IMG/VR virus record: IMGVR_UViG_3300032335_000777
Span: 1 to 64,000 of that record
Source of the DNA: a virus
Lineage: Duplodnaviria; Caudoviricetes
Strand: one strand, 5' to 3'
DNA length: 64,000 nucleotides
Position 1 is the stretch's first letter; each line of letters opens with the position of its first letter. Under the pieces are notes generated by a model that was not told the DNA's origin, made no database searches, and saw only the letters and a program-made list of their open reading frames with translations. Made by a program: the position numbers and the translations under genes. Below are positions 56,370 to 64,000 of this stretch, in pieces.

Positions 56370-59024
56370 TTACATAGATTTGATTGCTTTTACAAGAGCT
56401 CCGTTTCTTTTACCACTTGATGATTTCTTAGCCATTTCTGCTGCTGTTTTTTCTTCAAGTTCTTTTTGAAGAGCCATGAGTTTATATTGGTCAGAAGTCA
56501 TATTTCCAAACGGTGTGTCAGAAGCTCCAGATCCTTGAGGAGCAAACTGAGCAAGAGGATTCATATTCATTGCTCTGAAGCGTGGATCAAATCTGTAATT
56601 GTAAAGATTCTCGTATGTCTGAAGGGCTCTGTTCTCAGCTTGATTCTGTAGATATTTAGCAGAAATAGAATTAAGAGCAGCCTGTGCTGTAGCCTTTGTA
56701 TTAGAAAGAGCTTGTTGTTGTCTTACATACTGTTCGCCAAGAATTCCAAGATTTTGAGCACCAGCTTGATTTAGAAGATTTCTATTTTCAGCAAACACCT
56801 TATCTCTCATAGATTGATTCAATCTAAACTGCTCACCAAGCACCTGTTGATTTGCTTGATACTTCTGTGCATTCAATGCAGCTAATGCAGCTGGATTATA
56901 TCCAATCATTCTTTGAGCAGCTCTGTAATCAGCTTGGTTCTTATTGATAATGTCTTGAAGAGAAATATCATAAGGTGTGCTTAATTGTGGTTGGAAAGTT
57001 TGTGCTTGTACAGGCTCTAATTGATTTTGAGCAAGAGCAAGCATCTCTCCAGATAGCTGACGTGGATCAAGAGCTTCTGCATCAGTTGGTCTCACGTAAG
57101 GTAAGATTTGATTAGCTATTGTCATCCAATCAAATTCTTCTTTAGTAGGCTTGGATTTTTGTTTAATTCCTGCCTTCTTAACACTTTCAGGAACTTTAAT
57201 TTCTAAACTTCCTGGTCCTCTTTGCATTTCTCTTTTAGCAAGTACATCAACCCCTGGTAAATCAATGTATTCTGGATAAGTCTCTAGTTGATTTTCTAAC
57301 ATATATCTAACTCCAGGTTCCAATGCTAAAGCATCTCTATATATCTTATCACTAATGTCTTCACCACCTTGAGCTTTCTTAATAGAAGCTCCTTTCTTAG
57401 CTTGCTTCACTTTACCCTGTGCTAAATCATCAGCTACAAGATTATATTCTTCAGCAGTGTCATTGATAGCAGATTGTAGATCAGCTAGTTTTATTTTCTC
57501 ATCAGCAATGTTCTTGAGCTTTTGATTTGCTCCAAGCATGTTTGCTTTGTATGATTCAAACTTGAGTAGGTCGTAAGGATTATTAACATCTAGGTTGTCA
57601 AGTTCTGTAACAGCCTTATCAATAAGTTTATTTTGTTTCTGTTCAGTTTTAGATAGGTCAGCAACATAGTTTTTAAACTTCTTACCTGCCGCTTTAGGAG
57701 CACCAATCATCTCAGCACCAAACTTTGGAACTTTTAAGTTACCATACACTGTAAGACTGTTTTCCCCATCTGATCCATTACGAAGTTGTAAAGCTGGTTC
57801 TCCTCTTTCCACTTCTACAGGACTATCACCATAAGTGATTCCAATACCTGTATTACCTTTTCCATCAGACTCATCGTGGGACTTACCTCTAAACATTACA
57901 GTTTCTCCTCCTTCAGGAAGATAAGGATTGTATGACATAGGTTCTGCATATCCACCCCAATGAGTTTCAAGATCACCACCCATAGCAAACTTATCTCTTC
58001 CTGTATACATTGCACGTTCACTAGGAGGAGTGTAACTTTTCAAATGTCCACCTGCACGTAATGTATCCATTGTTGGATCAGGTTGTAACAATTGACTCAA
58101 TTTGTAATTACCAAACTGATTAATTACTTGTGGATTTGCAATACCACCATCTCTCATATAAGAGGCGTTTGCTTGCTGAAGAGATTGTGCTCCTTGACCA
58201 AGAGCACTTGCCATTACATTTTGATCAGTTATACCTTCGTACCGTTTTGTTTTCCTAACATTTCCGCTACCTACAAGATTACCAAGAGTTTGACCAGCAA
58301 CCTTTCCAATCATTCCTCCAACTGGACCACCAAGTAATGTACCTGCTACACTTCCAATTCCAGCACCTACTCTTCCAGCACCAGTAACGCCATATCCTTT
58401 TGGACTTCCAAGTCCAGCAGTAACTTGTGCTAAAGCATCTCCACCACCTTGTTCTGCAAATTCATATACATCAGATAGTTGACCCTGGACAGCATTTTTT
58501 CCTGTTGCCATTTTCATGAAGTCAGGATTAGTTTTAAACTGTGGAAGGTTTAATCCACCTTGAGCTTCTTCTAAATCTGTGTAAATAGTATTAGGAGCAA
58601 ATGTATTTGCTATCTCTGTTCCATTCTTTGCAAGAGTGGTTCCTACACCATAAATTGGGAAGAACTCTTGTCCTGTATTAATATTATCTTCTGGACGTAC
58701 ATATTTTTTCTGAACTTGCTCAGGACGTGTCATAGAAGCTTGAAGAGAAACATCACTCACACCAGCCATTTGTTGAGCCTTTAGCATGTTTTGTTTTTCA
58801 TCCTTCATTTGTTGAATACCACCAACAACATCACCAACAGACTGAACTCCAGCAGCAAAGGCATTGCTTCCAGCAAGCTTATTCATCATTGCCATTGCTC
58901 CTCCTTGTTGGAGTTTCTTTACTTGTTTTCCATACTTAGCCATGAAAGACTCCTCTGTAGGAAACTTTTTATAAAACTCCTTCTCAGACTTAACACCTGC
59001 TATCTTTAAAATTTCAGCCTTCAT
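56370..59024 (-). CDS. Virion cargo protein with repeated xxxGG motifs and glycine-zipper segment
   Basis: 884 aa; GKSH...EVERGE; GAGIGSVAG..LGGPVGGMIG; many GG motifs. Confidence 0.65.
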   Translation of the reverse strand: MKAEILKIAGVKSEKEFYKKFPTEESFMAKYGKQVKKLQQGGAMAMMNKLAGSNAFAAGVQSVGDVVGGIQQMKDEKQNMLKAQQMAGVSDVSLQASMTRPEQVQKKYVRPEDNINTGQEFFPIYGVGTTLAKNGTEIANTFAPNTIYTDLEEAQGGLNLPQFKTNPDFMKMATGKNAVQGQLSDVYEFAEQGGGDALAQVTAGLGSPKGYGVTGAGRVGAGIGSVAGTLLGGPVGGMIGKVAGQTLGNLVGSGNVRKTKRYEGITDQNVMASALGQGAQSLQQANASYMRDGGIANPQVINQFGNYKLSQLLQPDPTMDTLRAGGHLKSYTPPSERAMYTGRDKFAMGGDLETHWGGYAEPMSYNPYLPEGGETVMFRGKSHDESDGKGNTGIGITYGDSPVEVERGEPALQLRNGSDGENSLTVYGNLKVPKFGAEMIGAPKAAGKKFKNYVADLSKTEQKQNKLIDKAVTELDNLDVNNPYDLLKFESYKANMLGANQKLKNIADEKIKLADLQSAINDTAEEYNLVADDLAQGKVKQAKKGASIKKAQGGEDISDKIYRDALALEPGVRYMLENQLETYPEYIDLPGVDVLAKREMQRGPGSLEIKVPESVKKAGIKQKSKPTKEEFDWMTIANQILPYVRPTDAEALDPRQLSGEMLALAQNQLEPVQAQTFQPQLSTPYDISLQDIINKNQADYRAAQRMIGYNPAALAALNAQKYQANQQVLGEQFRLNQSMRDKVFAENRNLLNQAGAQNLGILGEQYVRQQQALSNTKATAQAALNSISAKYLQNQAENRALQTYENLYNYRFDPRFRAMNMNPLAQFAPQGSGASDTPFGNMTSDQYKLMALQKELEEKTAAEMAKKSSSGKRNGALVKAIKSM

Positions 59025-59025
59025 A

Positions 59026-62000
59026 TCAATTGTATTTATCCAGCCAGTTATCCTTGTCTGGGTTATTTGTAAAGTTAAGTAATTGATTTAATTTTTTCAT
59101 TGGTTGAGCATCTAATTGATTGATTCCCAATTTAGCAACAGGAAACTCTGTCACTTTCTTACCCTTGAATTTATAATTCTTTCCTGGCTTCATTAGCTTA
59201 GTGTCACCAGTGTCAGACACACCAAGAAGGGGTTCGTACACTCCTTGCATTGTTATGTTATTAGAATCTATTTCTACAGGCTTTCCCCAGTTGTCTGGAT
59301 TCCAATATCCTCGATTATCTTTGGTCACTCCACCATTTTTAAAATTAGTATCGAAATCATAATCAGAAAAATCAAAATCAATAGTTTGTGGAGGACTAGA
59401 AATAGGAGCATTAGAAGATGCATCATAGACAGATCTTTTAACACCAAGTCTGTCTGCTATTGAATTTTTATTTAAATAGTCTTGAATTGCTTTATTTGTT
59501 GAACCTTTGGATATAGCAAACTTTGGTAATATTAAGCTATTAGCATATTCACTTTTGTTTATATAGGGTTTAGGAAGAGATTGTCCAGAAATACCTTCCA
59601 GCTCCTTAACTATTTGAGAAAGTTCAGATCTTACTAATTCAGGATTATTTATTCTGTCAGCAAATCCAAGTTCATTAGATTTGTCAAATCCAATAAGTCT
59701 TAGTTTTGAATCAGGATTATTTTTTAATTCACGGGCCATCATGTTAAGTGCCAATGGATAACTATCAGCTGATAAACTACGTGCTGGAAACATTACTCCA
59801 TCTGGATTTTCATCGATGAATCTTGAAGCTTGACGAAGCATACTTCCCACATTATATCTGTCAGCAAACAAAGATGGCATTAGCTCATAAGCACCAGTTG
59901 AATTTGGTATTTGTGGAATAGTTGAAGCTGATGGAAGTCTTAAATTAGCATAAGTATCTATTATCTTATCACCAATATTTTTGTAAAATGGATATGAATA
60001 AAATTCATCACCCTCATCGCCCCATCCATAAGAATCTACATATAGTTTATTATCTACTTTTTTCAATGCTGGACGTTGTGACCATTCTATATCAGCAGTA
60101 GTAGGGTCTACTCTATTTGTAGAAATATTTGTATAGTTTGGAGAAAAATCTGATACTTTTCCTAAATTAGGATATGTTCGAAAATTTTCAAGTGCTGATA
60201 GTACATCTCCAGTAATTAGCTCTTCCGCCATTCGATTATTACTAAAAGAAGATATTGTATTAGAATAGCGTAATGCTAAATCTGGGTTGTTCCTTAATGT
60301 TTCTAAAGCAACTTTATTAGCTCCTTGTTTTTTTAGATTACTAATAAAATCATCGAGCTTAAAATCTGATAGCGTCTTTAGTTTATCATTTATAGAATTT
60401 AATTTATTTCTGACATCTGTTATACCAAGTGATTCAATTTCTTTAGCTTTTGCGCTAAGTTTTGTATATTTTTCACGAAGTGGACCTAATTCATTAAGAT
60501 TTGGATTTCTTAATTTTGATTCTAATTCAGCAATTTCTTTACCAAAGTTTCTAACATCTTTAACCTTATCAATATCTCTCAATGCAGGAACATCTGCCAC
60601 TGCAAGTTTTTCTAATTGTCTAGTGCGATCAATCTCCTTTATTGCATCTAATGTTTCATTTGTAACATTTGATATACTTTTAAGATGTGGGGCAACTGCT
60701 TTTCCAGCTGCAATTCCAATTGGTTTTGCAATTGGTGCTGTCATTAGAGGAACTAAACTAAATGTATCTAATGTATTAAATGTTCCTTCTAGATTTTGTT
60801 GATTAAATAATTCCTCTTTCGTAATTGGATTATATCCACCAAGTGATCCATACCCAGTTGGCGAAAATGCAGCAGCTCCAGTAATACCAAGATCCAATAA
60901 AGTTTTACCTGCACCTTTTAGATTTTTAACAGGATCACCTGCAAATCTTATGGTGCCTGGAACTCCAGTTACTTCTGATGCAACTTCTTGAACAGTTCTA
61001 TAAGGTGTTGATATATCTTTAGCAGTTTGTCCTATCTTACCAGTTGTTGCAATTGCTCTAATACCTCTTCCTATTGGACCTTCATCATTGATATATTTTT
61101 TTTGTTCAGGAGAAAGAGTTTGATAAAATGGATATTGTTGATCGTAAGGAGTTATGGTGACCTCAGGAAGTGGTTGACCTTCATATATTTCTTCTCCACC
61201 ATTCTGCATACTCTTTGGTTTCCAATCCAATCCATTCTGATAGAATCGCATTTCTCCACCATTCTGCTTCTTTTGTAAATCCATAGATGGCATTCCTGCA
61301 TATCTTCCAAATTGACCTACACTAGCTGGAGGTGCTGTAGGAAAGAAGGGAACATCAGAATATTGTTGAATAGCTTGTGTAGCATCTGTACCACGACCCA
61401 TGTAGGGTATAGACTGTAAAATATTAGATATAAGACTTGCATTAGTTTTTAGTCTTTTGTTTGCATAGCCAGCAGTAAGTAATGGTCCTAAAAGTTTACC
61501 TGCTGTACCTACCTTTCCTAGAGGTAATGCTCCAAATATTTCAAGTTCTGTTTGAGGAGACATTCCAGTTTCTTGATATGATTTGTAAACATCATCCCAA
61601 GAACTCATTCCACTTGGATCAATTATTTCAAATATATTTTCTAAAGTAGAATCAACATTGCTTGCTGTTTTATTCTTTTGAACGCCTTTTCCATTCTGTG
61701 CAGAAGCCATTGTCTTCTTTGCATACTTTCCTTTACTAGGAGCAGAACCAGCTGTACGTGCGTATGTGAATCCTACAGAACCAGGAATAGACATACCACC
61801 CATTGCCATTGGTAATTCTTCTTCGTCTGCTTTAGCAATAGTGTTCATTAAGTTGACAAAGTTTTTCTTACCCACTCTGTTTTCTAATCTTTTGAAAACT
61901 CTGTCTTTCCCCAAATTTTGTTTTGCTTTTTCAAAATCTGATTCTGTAAACTTTTGCCCCTTTGTAATATCATAAATGCCTTTATCATACATTGTAAAAC

Positions 62001-62742
62001 GAAGAGCATCTAAATCAGCTTTAAGTTCTTTTGGTTTTTGTGAATGCATGAAGTCTTCAAGAGCTCTTTTACTAGCTTCTCTCTGTTGAGAACCTTGTGG
62101 ACCAGATAGAACAGGTTCTTTCATAGGAAGCATTGACTTCTTGAATATCTCTTGCTCTCTAGCACTCATTACGCCTGGACGTGTAGTTCCTTCACTCTCC
62201 ATTGCACCAGCAATGTGTGCAAGCTCATGAGCTTCTACCATACCTCTATTTGTATCAATGTAGTCTAGTGGATTGATATTAACTGTAGAAGAACTTCCAT
62301 AAACTCCAGGTCTTGATTCAGATGGTTGTCTTGTGCTATATGTAATTGGATCAATATTCTGTAAACTCTCTAGTCTAATTTGTCTAGAAGCTGCTGCACT
62401 TGGAACACTTAAAGATTCATCTTTAGCAGATGGGGAGTATCCTGTAAGAAGTTGTCTTCTTGCATATTCAGGACTTTGAATCCATGATTGATAAAACTCT
62501 ACAGGATCTTTTGTTTGTAAATATGGAACAGTTGGAGAAATAACAGAAGGTGCTTGTCCAGTGATTTGTTCCATTGGTGAAACTGGAATAAGATTGCCAC
62601 CTCTTTGAAACTGTCCTCCCCATGCAGGAGAATAGTTTCTTCCTTTAGTGTTATATCCTAGTCCAACAAAGCCTTCAGAAAAGCTAACGTTTGAATCATT
62701 AGCGTTTTCTGCTTTCCCAAAGTTATCTAACCATCCTTTCAT
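59026..62742 (-). CDS. Modular cargo protein with zincin metalloprotease motif
   Basis: HELAH (62215-62229) plus downstream ELKAD; segments delimited by QRGG/AMGG/QNGG/KNGG. Confidence 0.65.
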   Translation of the reverse strand: MKGWLDNFGKAENANDSNVSFSEGFVGLGYNTKGRNYSPAWGGQFQRGGNLIPVSPMEQITGQAPSVISPTVPYLQTKDPVEFYQSWIQSPEYARRQLLTGYSPSAKDESLSVPSAAASRQIRLESLQNIDPITYSTRQPSESRPGVYGSSSTVNINPLDYIDTNRGMVEAHELAHIAGAMESEGTTRPGVMSAREQEIFKKSMLPMKEPVLSGPQGSQQREASKRALEDFMHSQKPKELKADLDALRFTMYDKGIYDITKGQKFTESDFEKAKQNLGKDRVFKRLENRVGKKNFVNLMNTIAKADEEELPMAMGGMSIPGSVGFTYARTAGSAPSKGKYAKKTMASAQNGKGVQKNKTASNVDSTLENIFEIIDPSGMSSWDDVYKSYQETGMSPQTELEIFGALPLGKVGTAGKLLGPLLTAGYANKRLKTNASLISNILQSIPYMGRGTDATQAIQQYSDVPFFPTAPPASVGQFGRYAGMPSMDLQKKQNGGEMRFYQNGLDWKPKSMQNGGEEIYEGQPLPEVTITPYDQQYPFYQTLSPEQKKYINDEGPIGRGIRAIATTGKIGQTAKDISTPYRTVQEVASEVTGVPGTIRFAGDPVKNLKGAGKTLLDLGITGAAAFSPTGYGSLGGYNPITKEELFNQQNLEGTFNTLDTFSLVPLMTAPIAKPIGIAAGKAVAPHLKSISNVTNETLDAIKEIDRTRQLEKLAVADVPALRDIDKVKDVRNFGKEIAELESKLRNPNLNELGPLREKYTKLSAKAKEIESLGITDVRNKLNSINDKLKTLSDFKLDDFISNLKKQGANKVALETLRNNPDLALRYSNTISSFSNNRMAEELITGDVLSALENFRTYPNLGKVSDFSPNYTNISTNRVDPTTADIEWSQRPALKKVDNKLYVDSYGWGDEGDEFYSYPFYKNIGDKIIDTYANLRLPSASTIPQIPNSTGAYELMPSLFADRYNVGSMLRQASRFIDENPDGVMFPARSLSADSYPLALNMMARELKNNPDSKLRLIGFDKSNELGFADRINNPELVRSELSQIVKELEGISGQSLPKPYINKSEYANSLILPKFAISKGSTNKAIQDYLNKNSIADRLGVKRSVYDASSNAPISSPPQTIDFDFSDYDFDTNFKNGGVTKDNRGYWNPDNWGKPVEIDSNNITMQGVYEPLLGVSDTGDTKLMKPGKNYKFKGKKVTEFPVAKLGINQLDAQPMKKLNQLLNFTNNPDKDNWLDKYN

Positions 62743-62743
62743 A

Positions 62744-63610
62744 TTACTTGTAACTTATTTGTGCTGCTCCAATAATGAATTGTGAAACTAAATGAGCATC
62801 TGATTTATTATCAAGAATGTGTCTGATTTTCAATTCTTTAGCTCTGAGAGGTTCTTTCTTAAATGATCTTGATCCATAGTCCATGTTGATTTGATTCACT
62901 TCTTTATCAAGAGAAAGTGATTGACATGTTCTGACAAAGAGTGGTATGCTCTTGTCCTTCACTACAGACCAGAATGTATTGTACTGATAGAAGTTATCAC
63001 TCTTGGTAAATGTAATAGTCTTGCTTTCAGCATTTAATATAGGATATTGTAAGTAGGATTTCAAATTGTTTATTGGTTTTGGCACAAGCTCAAGCACACC
63101 TGTTGATTGTTGTCCATTGTAAAGAACAGCTTTATTAAACCATGCATTGTCAAGTTCTATTCTTGATACATCATTTGACACACCATAAGGATCACTAAAG
63201 TATTTGTACACCTTGGTATAGTCTTTTACATTCTGAAGAATCTCATCTTGGTATTGATATGCAAAAGGATATTCAATAATATATGGTTCTATGTTTCCGT
63301 AGAATATATTATATATTGTATGGTTATTAAGATGTCTCCATACACAAGCTGTCTGAATAGTTTCTAAAGGAGTATTTTGATATTGATTTTCTGTAATGGT
63401 AGTGACAGGGAATGATTTTTGGTACGCACACTTTCCTTCAGATGTAATTGTAATCAAATCAACACTATCATCTACAATGAAACTAATGCCTGTAGTCACT
63501 TGTGAAAGTGTTACACCAGAGGCAATAACATTCCCAAACGCATCTGTGATGGTGAAAGGCCCTGCGTTAGGGCCTGTCTTTGTTAGCTTTATAGTGATTG
63601 TCTTTGACAT
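62744..63610 (-). CDS. Structural protein, similar to C-terminal part of crAss-like tail stabilisation protein
   Basis: WRH....Y..FYG...PY.IEY, FNKAVLYN.QQSTG; small N-terminal beta domain. Confidence 0.5.
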   Translation of the reverse strand: MSKTITIKLTKTGPNAGPFTITDAFGNVIASGVTLSQVTTGISFIVDDSVDLITITSEGKCAYQKSFPVTTITENQYQNTPLETIQTACVWRHLNNHTIYNIFYGNIEPYIIEYPFAYQYQDEILQNVKDYTKVYKYFSDPYGVSNDVSRIELDNAWFNKAVLYNGQQSTGVLELVPKPINNLKSYLQYPILNAESKTITFTKSDNFYQYNTFWSVVKDKSIPLFVRTCQSLSLDKEVNQINMDYGSRSFKKEPLRAKELKIRHILDNKSDAHLVSQFIIGAAQISYK

Positions 63611-63623
63611 GTTATTTATTTAA

Positions 63624-64000
63624 TTACGAAGGTCCCTCAGTTGTAGTAGTTGTAGTAGTTGGTGGAGGGGAGCAATCACATTGTGGATCAAGACAACCAA
63701 CACCTTGAGATAAGAATCCACAATCATCACTTATAACTTCAGTGACACATGCAGTGAAGCATAGTCCTTGATCTTCAGAAGGTATGTTGTAAGTTATAGT
63801 TACACCATTTTCATTCTTGTATACAAATGTGCAACCACCAAATGGAGCTGATGTTAATATGTAACATTCAGATGGTATTTGAGTAGTTGATGTAGTTACT
63901 GTTGTACTTGTAGTTGTAGTGGTAATTGGATTTTGAGTGGTAGTTGTTGTAGTCGTGGTAGGTCCCTGAGTAGTTGTAGTTGTTGTAGTCGAAGGTGGAG
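63624..64000 (-). CDS. Partial CDS: mucin-like Thr-rich, Cys-rich virion protein
   Basis: Open frame to window edge: PPSTTTTTTTQGPTTTTTTTTQNP...C-rich...PTTTTTTTEGPS*. Confidence 0.75.
   Translation of the reverse strand, partial: PPSTTTTTTTQGPTTTTTTTTQNPITTTTTSTTVTTSTTQIPSECYILTSAPFGGCTFVYKNENGVTITYNIPSEDQGLCFTACVTEVISDDCGFLSQGVGCLDPQCDCSPPPTTTTTTTEGPS

Larger units (their letters stand above)
1..64000. mobile_element. Bacteriophage genome segment (crAss-like / Bacteroidota phage)
   Basis: Dense phage-type gene packing, virion RNAP with DFDID motif, endolysin/holins, fibre with S74 chaperone, TAnnTTTG promoters, no host housekeeping context. Confidence 0.92.

Noticed and set aside
1-64000. 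Stop-codon reassignment as in some crAss-like phages
   Set aside because: Long genes are intact under code 11, and TAA, TAG and TGA all appear as stops

Overview
AT-rich 64 kb segment of a large dsDNA tailed phage of Bacteroidota, crAss-like/Crassvirales-related. Support: a 4825-aa virion RNA polymerase polyprotein with the DFDID motif, large cargo genes, Bacteroidota-type TAnnTTTG promoter elements and the standard genetic code. Left to right: recombination genes (nuclease, recA, HNH), a GT2/methyltransferase cluster, small basic virion-type proteins, a metallophosphoesterase, a lysis cassette (GH19 endolysin, holin-like genes and a tandem-PAS membrane protein), a large glycosylation locus, a 2378-aa Ser/Thr/Gly-rich fibre, and giant ejected/cargo proteins. 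Four observations stand out. (1) A 350-bp non-coding array of about 14 tightly packed, mutually different inverted repeats (7872-8222), which looks like a collection of operator-like decoy sites. (2) A near-complete phage NDP-heptose plus PAPS/sulfotransferase pathway with a four-domain Aah/TibC-type O-heptosyltransferase, beside a fibre carrying Gly-Thr-Ser collagen-like and SGG beta-helix repeats, suggesting virion glycosylation. (3) A PAS-PAS-2TM protein inside the lysis cassette, suggesting sensor-gated lysis. (4) A vRNAP fused to a macro-like domain and an SF1B helicase. All functional calls come from motif recognition by eye; no searches were run.
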